Source: Chiloscyllium plagiosum
Taxonomy: Eukaryota
Assembly: GCF_004010195.1 (NCBI RefSeq)
Contig: NC_057750.1
Coordinates: forward strand, 16,684,450 to 16,748,449
Length of the DNA stretch: 64,000 nucleotides
Direction of reading: 5' to 3'
Shown: in pieces, positions 25,565 to 38,200 of the stretch
Layout: each line of letters starts with the position of its first letter
Numbering within the stretch: position 1 is the first letter of the stretch
Translations under genes and position numbers: made by a program
Notes under the pieces: generated by a model
Seen by the model: only the letters and a program-made list of their open reading frames with translations
What the model was told of the DNA's origin: nothing
Databases searched by the model: none

Positions 25565-25930
25565 GGGTGGGTGGCATGGTGGCGCAGTAGTTAGTACTGC
25601 TGCCTCACAGCGCCAAGGCCCTGGGTTCGATTCCACCCTCGGGCGACTGTCGGTGTGCAGTCTGCACATCTCCCCATGTCTGTGTGGGTTTCCTATGGGT
25701 GCTTTGGTTTGCTCCCACAATCCAAAGATATGCAGGTTAGGTGGGTTGGCCATGCTAAATTGACCATAGTGTCCAGGGATTGAGTGGGTGAAGTGGATCA
25801 GCCACGGGAAATGCAGGGTTACAGGGATAGAGTAGGGGAGATGAGTCTGGGTGGGATGCTCTTCAGAAGGTCAGTGTGGACTCGATGAGCCAAAAAACCT
25901 GCTTCCACACTGCAGAGATTCTATGATTCT
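25565..25930 (+). mobile_element. HE1-like SINE
   Basis: gggtggcatggtggcgcagtagttagtactgctgcctcacagcgcc...gggttcgattcc...tail gcttccacactgcagagattctatgattct. Confidence 0.88.
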
Positions 25931-26079
25931 GAACTTAGAGACATGCTCTGGTGGCTATTTCCTGAGCAGCCCAGGATTTGAAATTATTGCTTCAGAAGGT
26001 TAATTGCCTGTATCTGAATGCAAGTAGCAAAAATAATGAAACATTTGAATTGACAGTGCAAATAATGTAGATAATGCAT

Positions 26080-26465
26080 TAATCTATTACAGGGATATGG
26101 CTGTAAGAGGACACAGTGTAGGACCTGAATTTTGAAAGGTATATGACTTTTGAGAAGGACAGGAAGCTAAGGGAGAGACGTAGCTCTGTTTACTAAGGTT
26201 GATATTAGTACAATAGAGAGAATGAACCTGAAAATCAGGATGTAGCATCAGCTTAAATAGAAATGTGATCAATCTCAGAGTAGTTTATAGATCCACTAAC
26301 AGTAACTGCACTGTAAGCTCGAATACAAAGGAAGAAATAACAGGGGTTTGTACAACAGTAGTCATGGGTACTTCTAACCCACATGTAGATAAGATGATTT
26401 AGATTGGGGAAGGTAGTCTGCTCTTCTGAGAGGATTTTCAGGTTAGTTTCTTAGACCAGCATTTT
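26080..26465 (+). mobile_element. Degenerate CR1 endonuclease fragment
   Basis: gagtagtttatagatccactaacagt (VVYRS.NS) and gtagtcatgggtacttctaaccca (VVMG..N.) match APE motifs. Confidence 0.5.
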
Positions 26466-26469
26466 ATAG

Positions 26470-26785
26470 GTGAAAATGTGTTGCTGGAAAAGCGCAGCAA
26501 GTCAGGCAGCATCCAAGGAGCAGGAGAATCAACGTTTTGGGCATGAGCCTTCTTCAGGAATGAGGAGAGTCTGCCAAGCAGGCTAAGATAAAAGGTAGGG
26601 AGGAGGGACTTGGGGGAGGGGGGTTGGAAATGTGATAGGTGGAAGGAGGTTAAGGTGAGGGTGATAGGCCGGANNNNNNNNNNNNNNNNNNCAGCACCAC
26701 CTTCCTAACCTGCAATCTTCTTCCTGACCTCTCCCCCCCCTACCCCCACTCCGGCCTATCACCCTCACCTTAACCTCCTTCCAGA
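26470..26785. mobile_element. Fold-back family A element with central gap (26674-26691)
   Basis: Same arms as 42400-43042. The minus-strand HHR is mutated (GAAA to AAAA). Confidence 0.7.
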
Positions 26786-28900
26786 GCTCAGAGTTCTACA
26801 TGAATGCATGCAGTTTTTGAGCAAAGTACAATGTAACCCTGCAAGTACAAATTCACCCCACAAAATATATGTGTGCATGTGGGTCTTTGTCTGTCTGTGT
26901 GTGTGTGTGTCTGTCTGGGTTGGGGGTTGTGAGTGTGAGAAAGTGTATGTGTGTGTGTGTGTGTAGTGAGTGCAGAGTGTCTTAGGTCTGTGAGGGGGTG
27001 CATGTGTGAGTGTGGGAGTGTGTGTGTCTGTAAGGGTGTGTGTGGGTGTTTGTGTGCGCATCTGTGTATATGTGTGTCCGTGTGTATGTGTATACAGGAG
27101 TGCCTGTGTGTGTGTGTGAGAGTGTGTGTGTGTGTAGGAGTGTCTGTGTGTGTATATAGTGCAATGGTGGACACCTGTAGTGTGACATGAACCCGAGGTC
27201 CCGTTTGAGGCCCTCCCTATTGGTACGGAACTTAGCTATCAACCTCTGCTCGGCCACTTTTCACTGCTGCCTGTCCCGAAGTCCGCCTTGGAGGATGGTC
27301 ACCCGATGGTCCGAGGGCGAATGTCCTGGACCACTGAAGTGTTCCCCAACTGGGAGGGAACACTCCTGTCTGTTGATTGTTGTGCGCTGCCCATTCATCT
27401 GTTGTCGTAGCCTTTGCTCGGTTTCCCCAATATACCATGTCTCCAGGTATTCTTGCCTGCAATGTATAAGATAGACAATGTTGGCTGAGTCACGTGAGTA
27501 CCTGCCATGTACAAGGTGGGATGTGTCCCCACGCGTAATGATGGTATCTATGTCCACACTCTGACACGTGTTGCAGCGCCTACCGTGACAGGGTTGTATG
27601 GAGTTGTCCTGATAGCCGGTCAGCTTGCTACGAACAATGATCTGTTTGAGGTTTGGCGGTTGTTTAAAGGCAAGTCGTGGAGGTATGAGGAAGGTCTTGG
27701 TGAGGTGCTCATCCTCATTGATAATGTGTTACAGGTCATGAAGAACATGGCATAGTTTTTCAGCTCCTGGGAAATACTGAACAACGAAGGGTACCCTGTC
27801 GGTTGCAGCACGTGTCTGTCTCCTGAGGAGGTCATTACAATTACTTGCTGTGGCACGTCGGAACTGGCGGTCGATGAGTTGGGCATCGTACCCTGTTCTT
27901 GTGAGGGCATCCCTGAGTACTTCCAGGTGTCTGTCACGTTCCTCCTCATCTGAGCAGATCCGGTGTATGCGTAGGGCTTGTCCATAGGTGATGGCTGTTT
28001 TAATATGCTTTGGGTGGAAGCTGGAGAAGTGTAGCATTGTGAGGTTGTCTGTGGGTTTGCGGTAGAGTGTGGTGCTGAGGTGTCCAACCTGTGCATAAAA
28101 ATGTTGGCATATTGGGGTGCAAATTTGGTCCCCATGGCTGTTCCATGTGTCTGGATGAAGAACTGGTTATCAAAGGTGAAGACGTTGTGTTCATAGAGAA
28201 AGCGGATGAGTTGTAGGATGGTGTTTGGAGATTGGCAGTTGTTGGTGTTGAGTACTGAGGCTGTTGCCGCGATGCCATCATTGTGGGGGATGCTGGTGTA
28301 GAATGCTGAAACGTCCATTGTGACAAGGAATGTTCCCAGTTTGACTGTTTTTTCTGTAAGAAATCCTTAGTGTCGCGACAGAAGCTGGAGATCCCTGTAC
28401 AATAGGTTTCAAGATGCCTTCCACACAGCCGGAGAGATTCTCACAATGGGACGTCCTGGTGTGTTGGCTTTGTGTACCTTTTGGAAGGCAATAGAAGTCG
28501 CCTACACGAGAAGTATGTGGGATGAGGGCACGTAGGGAACTCTAAAGGACTGGATCCAAAGTTCTAATCAGTGTGTTTAATTCATGGTGTGTTCTTTGGT
28601 TGGATCAGCTGGTAGCTGCCTGTAGTGTTCCTGGTTGTTCAGTTGTCGCGACACTTCCTTGCAGTAATCTGTTCTATTCTGAATGACAATGGCTCCTCCT
28701 TTATCTGCTGGTTTGATGACAATGTTGTGATTGGTTTTGAGAGCCTGGATGGCATTGCATTGTGAACGGGTGATATTTTGCTCTACCTTGAGGGTACAGC
28801 TGATGAATCTGGCATTTATATATTTCCTGAAGGTTTGAGCATACATGTCAAGCCCAGGGCAGCGGCCCTCTGGTGGGGTCCAAATTGACACCTTCTTTGG
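26786..28900 (-). mobile_element. Neptune-type PLE: RT, zinc finger and GIY-YIG, internally deleted, with CA-rich 3' region
   Basis: Reads IVIKPADKGGAIVI, MDVSAFYTSIPH, HGTAMGTKFAPQYANIFM, SFHPKHIKTAITYGQALRIHRICS, NIVYLIHC...WYIGETEQRLRQQMNG. The catalytic YxDD segment is deleted near 28080. Confidence 0.92.
26865..27160. repeat. (TG)n/(CA)n-rich low-complexity tract within the PLE 3' region
   Basis: Interrupted gtgtgt repeats. A homologous CA-rich tract lies at 33650-33950. Confidence 0.9.
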
Positions 28901-29507
28901 TCACTCCTCTACAGATCCATCTTAACACAGTGAGTGTGGACTGCATTGCCTGAGAGTGTGGTGGAGGCAAGTTCAATCAAAGCTTTCAGATGGGAATTAA
29001 ATGAAGTTAAAGGGGAAATTGTGGTGCATGTAGATTTCCAGATTGCCACATCAAAGGTTATTATGCAAAATCAGAGCTCAAGGTGTTGCAGGTAATGTAA
29101 TCGTGTCGAGATAGATTATTTTACAAAATAATCTCAGGAATCTCAGATATAAGTCAATGATCATTTATTGAGCCAATGTTGGGAGCGTCTCAGAGACACC
29201 CAAGAGAGGATTCCGAGGCAGTACTGTGCCAACCAACAAAAACATCAGATATTTATGCATCACAAGCCACATAGGCAGTACATTACTTGAATTCTGAAAT
29301 GGCCTGGTTCAGACAATAACTCATTTCCTCATATCAAAAATGGCAGGGCTGCCTAAAATCCCTGGTCTAAATCTGCTCCCCCTATCTTGTTTGCTGCTCT
29401 CTCAGCCATGAGGTCCTATAGCGGTATCAGGCAGTCTGCTGTCACAGCAGCTTTTTGAGCTTGCTGGCAGGTTTTAATTATTTTTAACCTGACAACCTTT
29501 CTTGAAG

Positions 29508-29728
29508 TCAAAAAGTGAGGTGCTGGAAAAGTGCAGCAGGTCAGGCAGAACCGAGGAGCAGGAGAGTTGACGTTTCGAGCATAAGCTCTTCATCAGGAAT
29601 TCCTGATGAAGAGCTTACGCTCGAAATGTTGGTTCCTCTGCTCCTCAGATGCTGCCTGACCTGCTGCGCTTTTCCAGCGCCACTGATCGACTCTGATCTC
29701 CAGCAGATCTGCAGTCCTCACTTTCTCC
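29508..29728. mobile_element. Near-perfect palindromic family A element with two head-to-head hammerheads
   Basis: Symmetry centre ggaattcc (29596-29603). Minus strand ttcCTGATGAagagcttatgctcGAAACGTC; plus strand ttcCTGATGAagagcttacgctcGAAATGTT. Confidence 0.85.
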
Positions 29729-29794
29729 TAGTTGTTGTAACCTTCCTTAAGTAAAAATAAAAGAAGAGGACTTAAGGAGTTTATAAAGGGAGAG

Positions 29795-32276
29795 AGATAA
29801 CAGGTTAAGGGCTTGTCTCATTGGATTGAAGAAGAATGAGTGGTGACTTAAAAGAGGCGTACAAGATGATGAGAGGCTTAGACAGAGTGGATAGCTAGAG
29901 ACCTTTACCCAGGGCAGAAATGGCTATTACAAAGGGGCATTACTTTAAGGTGATTGGAGGAAGGTTTAGGGGAGATGTCGGAGGTAGGTTCTTTCCACAG
30001 AGAGTGGTGGGTGTGTGGAATGCACTGCCAGCGGTGATAGTAGAGTCAGAGACATTCAGGACATTTAAACGAATCTTGGATAGGCACATGGATGATAGTA
30101 AAATGAAGGGTATGTAGGTTAGTCTGATCTTAGAGTAGGATAAAAGGTCGGCACAACATCGAGGGCTGAAGGGCCTTTACTGTTCCATGTCCTGTGTTCT
30201 AAATAAGCGGACAAAGATGGAGTATAAAAGTGTAAACTTGTCCACTTTGAAAGGAAGAATAGAAAAGCAGCACGTTATTTAAATGGAATGAGGCTGTAAA
30301 ACCAGTACAGAGGGGATCTGGGTGTCCTGGTCCATGACTCTACACAGGAACAGCAAGTGATCAGGAGGGCAAATGGAATGTTGTTACTGATAGTGAGGGG
30401 AATGGAATATAAAAATAAGAATGCTTCAGTTATCCAGGGCATTCATGAAACCACATCTATGGTACTGTGTACAGTTTTGGTCTGTTTATTTAAAAACAAT
30501 ACAACTTGTGTTGGAAGCAGTGCAGAGAAAGTTTATTCAACTGATGCCTGGGATGGAGAGGTTGTTTATTAGCAAAGGTTGAACATGCTGGGCCTGTACC
30601 CACTGGAGTTGATAAGAATCAGAAATCACCTGATTGAAGCATATCAGACTATGAGAGGGCATGATGAGGTGAATACTCATTTATCGAGAGATGTTAGAGT
30701 GGTAGACATTGTTGACATGGATCTTTGTAAAACCTTTGACAGGGTTTCGCATGGTAGAGTAATTAGTAATATCAGTTGACATGGGATTCAGGGAGAGCTT
30801 ACCAGTTGGATACAAACTTAGCTTGATGATAGAGACAGAGGGTGGTGGTGGAGGATGGCTTTTCAGACTGGAGGCTTGTGACCGTAGGGATCTGTGCTGG
30901 GTCCACTTTTGTTTGTAATTTATATAAACAATTTGGATGAGAATTTAGGAGGCATGGTGAATGAGTTTGCGGATGACACCAAAATCGGCGCTATAGTCGA
31001 TCATGAAGAAGGCTATCTAAGATTACAAAGGGATCTTGATTAATTGGGTCAGTGGGCTGAGGAGTGGTGGATGGAGTTTAATTTGGATAAATGCAAGGTA
31101 AAACAAACAAGGGCAGGACTTATACAGTTAATGATTGGGCCTTGGATAGTGTTGTCAAACAAAGAGACTCATGGGTTCAGGGACATAGTTCTTTGAAAGT
31201 CGTATCATAGGTAGATCGGGTGGTTAAGAAGGCGTTTAGCATGCTTGCCTTCATTGCTCAGGCCATTGAGTATGGGAGTTGGGGCGTCATATTGAGATTG
31301 TACAGGACATTGGTGACACCAAGTTTTGAGTATGGTGAGTCCTGGTTGCTCTGCTATAGGAAGGAGATTGCAGAGGGTTCAGAAGAGATTTACCAGGATG
31401 CGGTCGGGACTGGAGGGTTTGATTTACAAGGATAGGCTGGCTAGGCTGGGACTTTTTTCATTGGAGCATAGGAAGTTGAAGGGTAACCTTATAGAGGTGA
31501 ATCCATATCCTTATGTCAATGCCTCTTCCCTAGGATGGGTGAGATCAAAACTAGGGGGCATATTCTTAAGGTGAGAGGAGCAAGATTTAAAAGACTTGAG
31601 GGGCAACTTTTTCACACAGAGGGTTGGTTCTTGTGTGAAATGAGGTACAGTTACAATATTTAAAAGACATTTGGATAGTGATATAAATAGGAAAGGTTTA
31701 GAGGGATATGGGCCAAATCCAGGTAAGTGGGACTCGTTTAATTTGGGAAAGGTGGCCAGCATAGTCAAGTTGAACCGAAGCGTCTGTTTCCATGCTCTAT
31801 GTGTCTATGACTCTACAACTAGAGGACACTGTTTAAAAATGAAGTATTTCCCATTCAATTTCCCATTTTTCTTTTAGAGGATCTTGGAACATATGTAGGT
31901 TTCTACTCTTTAAATAAATAAAATCCTGAGGGGCATGGATAGGGTGAATAGACAAGGATTTTTCCCTGGGTTAAGAGAGTCCAGAACTGGAGGGTATAAG
32001 TTCAAGGTGAGATGAAAAAGATTCAAAAGGGACCTAAGGGGCAACATTTTCATACAGAGGGTGGTGCGTGTATGGAATGAGCAGCCAGAGGAAGTGGTGG
32101 AGGCTGGTACAATTACAACATTTAAAAGGCATCTGGATGGGTATATAAATAGGAAAGGTTTAGAGGGATATACGCCATATGCTGGTAAATGGGACTAGAT
32201 TGGGTTGGTATATCTGGTCGGCGTGGACGAGTTGGACGAAGGATCTGTTTCCATGCTGTACATCTCTATGACTCTG
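29795..32276 (+). mobile_element. Cluster of nested or tandem CR1 3' fragments (several insertions)
   Basis: Repeated GH.FKV.G.RF...FF.QRVV..WN.LP, FADDTKIG and KAFSMLAFI...LYRTLV motifs. 3' UTR tails at ~30200, ~31815 and ~32275. Confidence 0.85.
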
Positions 32277-32554
32277 AATAATAATTGTTTAGACAGCTCC
32301 TTGTGGGGCCCTTGTATCAAAAAGAGATAAATAGAATCTTATGAAACTTAAATCAAAACATTGTTGCCGGGGTAAGGAAGCCCTCTAGCCCATCGGTCCC
32401 TAAAGGCCCCTATTATGCTGGTGGTGCCTGCATGTTCCTCTACACGGATGCCTGAGCACATATGTAAGCAGAGAAAAGAGGCAGACAGTGAGATATGACG
32501 TTCCCTCTCCACAGCTGTTGCCTGGACCTATTAATGGGCACTTTGGCCAGGCGT

Positions 32555-32714
32555 GAATCGAGAGTATGGTGTTGGAAAAGCACTAGGAAAAAGTGAGGAC
32601 TGCAGATGCTGGAGTATCAGAGCTGAGAGTGTGGTACTGGAAAAACACAGCAAGTCAGGCAGCATCCAAGGAGCAGGGGAATTGACATTTCGGGCATAAG
32701 CCCTTCATCAGGAG
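32555..32714 (-). mobile_element. Family A PLE repeat with HHR
   Basis: Minus strand tcCTGATGAagggcttatgcccGAAATGTCaatt (32680-32713), followed by the standard arm to ctcacttt. Confidence 0.75.
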
Positions 32715-33233
32715 GGCTTCGGCCTGGTTCAGGAGCAGGCCTAATGTGTATGTTCTTATAGATGTTCATCAAACTTGACCATCCATGTGCAGTTATTAAA
32801 CTTTTTGTGGCACTGCTGCTTGGTTCATAGGGCCAGACTTTGTGAGCTATCTCTCCCTTGCCATTGGTTTACCTTCCCTTTGGAGCCCTTACCTGCAGGG
32901 CCTCCTCGCTCCCTCCCTTCATCTCTAAGACCTCCAGTATCACACTCATGTGCCTCAGAGCACTCTCTCTCTTCTGTGACATTCCATTTAGTCAGCTTCT
33001 CCTCGAAAACCAATCATCAGTAGCAGCTTCTGCCTGTTGAGACCAGTTCTACTAGAGGAGCCAAAGAATTACTGGAACACATACTAACTCTGTGCAGCCC
33101 AGGTGAGTTGGGACATTACTACTGCACCACAAGAAGGCCCCTATTAAGTTACCCTTTACTCTTCTAAAGTGTATGGATGCTCAGTCTAAAATCACACAAC
33201 ACCAGGTTATAGTCCAACAGGTTTATTTGGAAG

Positions 33234-33268
33234 CACTAGCTTTCGGAGCGCTGCTCCTTCATCAGGTG
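33234..33268 (-). ncRNA. Minimal type I hammerhead ribozyme (family B), intact
   Basis: cac-CTGATGA-a-ggagc-agc-gctcc-GAAA-GCTA-gtg. Stem I is CAC/GTG, stem II has 5 bp, AGCT is palindromic, and the triplet is CUA. Confidence 0.8.
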
Positions 33269-34264
33269 GTTGTGGAGGTTAAGCTCATGCTCACAAAATT
33301 TATAGCCAAAGGAATCCAGTGTCATGGAGATGTGATACAGTAAATGATCTGAGATTACAACTTTCATCTTTTATAATGGGATTTGCTGGTTTCTGTTCTT
33401 TGATGTGTAAATCACAGAACTTCTTTTAGTTTCTCAAAATAGCTCAGCTTTTTAAACAATGGGTGTGAAGTCTGTGTGTAAAATTACATGAATCCATGTA
33501 AAACCATACAGAGAGTTTGTCAGTCTGACACAGCATTGGGACACAGACAGACTTCACACCTATAGTTTAAAAAGCTGAGCTATCTTGAGGACGGGGATGG
33601 CCTCAACTGGGACCATGGGTTCATGTCACACTACAGGTGATCCCACTGCACTACACACACACAGACACACACACACAGACGAAGCCACAGACACACAGAC
33701 AGACAGACGCACACTCACAGACAGACACACACACACTCCTACAGACACACACACACTCCTACAGACCCACACACTCACGTAGAACCTCTGTCATACACAG
33801 GCTCTCTCTCATACGCTCACACATACAATCACATGCACACACGCACCCTGTCACAGACTTATACACTTTACATTCACACTCACACACATACACACACCCT
33901 CTCACAGACACTCATAACCTCCCCCCCCCCGCCACAAAAGCACACACAGAGACATCTGAGTTTGTGGGATGAATTTGTACCTGCAGAATTATATTTTATT
34001 TTGCTCAGAAACTGCAAAAATCCATGTAGGATTCTGTAAATCCATTTTTTAGATTAGAATCAGTCTGAATGTTGTGGCACAGATAGTCTCACACAGAGCA
34101 CCTCACACCTTCAATGCATTATCTGGGCTGACATGACACCAATTGTTAAAGTTCACTTGAGAATGTAACTTTTAACAAGTTCTACGATTTACATATAATT
34201 TCAGTTACATCACACTGTAAACTTTTGCTATAAATTCTGTGTCTTACGATCTATACTCCACAAC

Positions 34265-34299
34265 CACCTGATGAAGGAGCAGCGCTCCGACAGCTCGTG
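34265..34299 (+). ncRNA. Family B hammerhead, core mutated (GACA)
   Basis: cacCTGATGAaggagcagcgctccGACAgctcgtg. Confidence 0.6.
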
Positions 34300-34562
34300 C
34301 TTCCAAATAAACCTGTCGGACTATAACCTGATGTTGTGTGATTTTTAACTTTGTACACCCAGTCCAACGCTAGCATCTCCAAATCATATCTTGAGAATGT
34401 AACTAAAAGAAATTCTGGGATTTACATATCAAAGAACAGAAGCCAGCGTATCCCATTATAAAAGATGGAAATTTTAATCTAAGATTGTTTACTGAATCAC
34501 ATCTCCATGACACTGGACTCCTTTGGCTATAAAGTCTGTGAGCATGATCTTATACACCACAA

Positions 34563-34597
34563 CCCCTGATGAAGGAACATCGCTCCGAAAGCTAGTG
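34563..34597 (+). ncRNA. Family B hammerhead, core intact, stems mismatched
   Basis: cccCTGATGAaggaacatcgctccGAAAgctagtg. Confidence 0.6.
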
Positions 34598-35789
34598 CTT
34601 CTGAATATGGACTATGACTTTTAACTTTGTCCACCCCAATCCAACACCGACACCACCAAGTCATGCTCAGTCTGTTGAACTTTCCCTTTTAAGACAACCT
34701 CCAGGATTATATTAAGGATATTTTATAAAGTAGCAGGAGTATGCCATTCGGCCACCTGAACCCAATCCGTCATTTAATGAGGTCATGACCAATCTTATGC
34801 TTCGACTCCATTTTCTTGCATTACCTCTGTATCCCCAAATGTTTTTCATATGAAAATGCTGATCAATCTCAGTCTGGTGTTTCTAACTATCTTGTATCTT
34901 GTCCATGAAAACGCTTCTGAATAGTACATGGACTCGATAGCTTATTCCTGAAGAGAAATCAGCCTGTTCCATGAGTGGGAAAAGATGAAATTTCTCCAAA
35001 TCCCCCAGGATCCCAAAAGTAAACACTGCAAAGTTATATCGAAATTTTTAGCACTGAGGGGGTTAACGGTATCTGGATAAACACAAGTGTGTTTACAACA
35101 CAGCTGAATGAATTTACACTTTTAGTTCTCATGGAGGGCCCAGGCTGCCTACTTCCACATCTTAGGGAGAAAAACAATATCCAATGATTGTCTTCCTGCC
35201 GAGAGTTTGTGGAAAAACCTATAAAAAGACCCGAGCTGATTCGGGATTGAGCTTTAGGAAACAGCACCTTCCTGCCTTGAGTCCCTGCTGTCACTCTCGG
35301 AGAGGAATTTATTTCGCATCCGTTCTGCAAGGAGAGAGGACAAAAAAAAAACCCATGACAGGCTGGATTTTTCAACCACGTAAAGTAGGGGGAAGAAAAC
35401 CCTCCAATTCACACAATTAAGTCATCCCGTATCCTCTCGGCCGGGAAACAACAACAAGGGCTTCCTGGAAAGCAGATTCCTCCCGATCCAGTGTTACACG
35501 CCTTGAAAAAAAAATCCCAGGGCCGCCTCAGGAAATATCTGGCTTGCAAGGGATGATGAAAGAGCCCGTTTGTAATCCTAACAGTCATGCACAAAGCGAA
35601 GGGATCCTTCACTCTGTGGTGCACATCTGGTAAGGGTTCACTCACTGCACAATCACCACCGTGTCACCGTCTGACCCCCACATTGGCACAGGCCAAATGC
35701 TGAGAGTCAGCTGCCTCTCTCTATAAGTGGGTCTCTGGTCTCTGATCTAAGATGTTTTGGGTACCCTCCCCACCTCCAATACTCTATCT

Positions 35790-36100
35790 AAGTTGACACG
35801 TCAACAGGTACTGAGGGAATACCACATTGCCACAGGAAGTCTTTCAAATGCAATGTTAAACTGAAGCCTGGTCTATTTCTGTAAGTGGATGCAAAAAATC
35901 CCATGGGTTCAGTTTCCCCTTTTATATACCCTTCCACCAACGTCACTCAAATCAGTGGAGCTTGTCATTGTCACAATGCCTCCTTGTGAGAGCTTGCTGT
36001 GCCCAAATTGGCTGTAGCCTTAACAACACTTCAAAAGGATTTCATTGGCTGTAAGGGACTTTAAGGTCCTGAAAGGAGATAGAGAAATTTAAGTGTCTTT
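35790..36100 (+). mobile_element. Deu-domain-like SINE (SacSINE1/AmnSINE1-like) remnant
   Basis: tactgagggaa...gtctttcaaatg..atgttaaactgaag...gtggatgcaaaaaatcccatgg...tgtgagagcttgctgtgcccaaattggctg...acacttcaaaag.atttcattggctgtaa. Confidence 0.6.
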
Positions 36101-37006
36101 TATATCAGATTCAGGTCTGTTGGAATCAGAAACAATAGGAAGAACAGAATTCAAAGTCATTTCGAACAGGGAAATGGCTAAAAACATGAAAACAAAAATC
36201 AAATAGTGTCCAGAACAACAGAGGTCAACAGAGATATTTTTCAGACCAGCAAAGGTATCCCAGTGACATAAGATTCTAAAATCAACACTTGATGCTCACT
36301 CTCTCAACAAAATGGTCATCGGGCAGATGTTTTCTGAAGGCAGCATTTCAGATTCAACGTGTAGGGCATGGAGGGCAATTAATTTCCCAGATAATTTCAC
36401 ACGGAAACCCACATAGTGGGGATGCTCAACAAAGCCCAGGAGGAAATGATGGTGTCAACCTGGGTACAATTGGTGAGCCTGCGCCCGCACCAACTCCACA
36501 TTACACACTCGGCCAGCAACTATCCCCAATCACGGATGGCAACTGAGCTCAGAGTCCTAATCCTGCTCTGAGGGTAATTCTGGAATCAGACAAATGCCCT
36601 GCAATCAGAACAATTTGAAATATGGACAATGCCTTGCTCCAAATTAGAGGCAGTGCAGGAAGCCATGTCAGTTTCTTCTCTTAAGCTGTTTATAAAGTAA
36701 TGAATCTCACTGACTCTTAGTTTTCTGAATGTTTACATCTCAGTTGTATTCTAAATGAAAATTCTATAGTGACCTCACACTCCGACTGTGCTGTGCCAAG
36801 AGTATGCGACACGATGATTGGAAACTTGAGCATTTGTAACTGAAGAGTGAAGAACCTATGACCCAGTGATATAACTGGGGCTGAGAAATAGCAGCAAACT
36901 GCAAGCCTGCAATGGATTCATTTCATGTACAATTTCCCCAATTAATCCCTCACATGAAATTGGCTTTGCCTTTACAAGCTGAGACAGTCAAAAGGTCATC
37001 TCAGAC

Positions 37007-37330
37007 ATAGAATCCCTAGAGTGTGGAAACAGGCCATTCAGCCCAACAAGTCCGCACCAACTCTCCAAAGAGTAACCCACCCAGACACATTCCTTTACCC
37101 TAGATTTACTACTGACTAATGCACTTAGCCTACATATCCCTGAACACTATGGGCAATTTCACATGGCCAATTCACCTACTTGCATCTTTGGACTGTGGGG
37201 GGAAACCAGAGCACCCAGAGGAAACTCACATGGACACAGGGAGAATATGCAAACTCCACACAGACAGTCACCCGAGGCTGGAATTGAACCCGGGTCCCAT
37301 TGTGCTGTGCTATTACTGAGCCACCCAACA
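37007..37330 (-). mobile_element. HE1-like SINE
   Basis: catagaatccctagagtgtggaaacaggcc...gagcacccagaggaaactcac...ggaattgaacccggg. Confidence 0.85.
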
Positions 37331-37679
37331 GGCCATTTGGCCAAACCAGTCCTCTGCTGGATTTTTCCTCCTCACCAGCTTCCTCCCAGACCTCTTCCCT
37401 CAACTTATCAACATATTCTTCAGTGTATTTACTAAACACCACCTTCCCCACCACCACCTCCCCGCCCCCCTCCCACTCCCCCCTCCCCCTGGAAACGGAA
37501 CAGAACTAAAATCAGAAATTGCTGGAAAATCTCTGCAGGTCTGGTGGCGTATATGGAGAGAAAGCAGAGTTAATGTTTTGGGTCCTGTGACCCTTCTGAA
37601 GGGTCCACACATACTGTTCTTTGGATTTTTTTGTTTAATACTGAACTGGCTTAATCATATAAGAGCAGGTCAGCAGTTG

Positions 37680-38200
37680 CAAATTCTGTGGTGAATAACT
37701 CATCTCTTGTCTCCCTAAAGCCTGTACACCATCTACAAGGTACAGATCAGGAGTGTAATGGAATGTATGAGTGCAGTTCTATCAAGACTTAGTGAGGGTA
37801 AACGTCATTCAGAACAAAACAGCTCATTTGATTGGCACTCCATCCACCACATTCCACATTCACTCCATCCACCACCTATCCTCAGCAGCAGCAGTATGTA
37901 AAAGTTGCACTGCAGAAATTCACCAAGGCTTCTTTGACGGTGCTTTCCAAACACTCTACCTCTATTGTCGAGAAGGACAAGGGCAACTGATACATGGGAA
38001 CATCACCTGTGAATTCCCCTTCAAGTCAATCACCATTCTGAATTGGAAACATATCACTGATCCTTCAGTGTTCTGGGTCAAAATCCTGGAACTCCCTAAT
38101 GGTATTGTGGGTCTACCCACAAATGGACTGCAGCGATTCATGAAGGCAGCTCATCACCAACCTCTCAAGGCCTTGCCAGTAAGGCTGGAATCCTAAGAAT
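37680..38200 (+). mobile_element. CR1-like LINE 3' end (second family, like 50540-51770)
   Basis: accatctacaaggtacagatcaggagtgtaatggaat (TIYK.Q.RSVME) and attcagaacaaaacagctcatttgattggc (IQ.K.A.LIG). Confidence 0.7.

Larger units (their letters stand above)
33185..34665. mobile_element. Inverted pair of family B PLE 3' repeats with a nested PLE 3' end
   Basis: 33185-33480 is the reverse complement of 33541-33589 plus 34396-34620. The insert at 33590-34386 is flanked by tatcttgag and matches the 3' end of the PLE at 26786-27215. Confidence 0.85.

Noticed and set aside
26765..27190. His/Thr-rich and Cys/Val-rich ORFs (also 33585-34039 and 51755-51985)
   Set aside because: These are translations of CA/TG microsatellite-like tracts.
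32890..33035. Minus-strand donor GCAG|gtaagg with upstream reading MSQKRESALRHMSVILEVLEMKGGSEEALQ
   Set aside because: All frames from the nearest acceptor contain stops, and the peptide is not recognisable.
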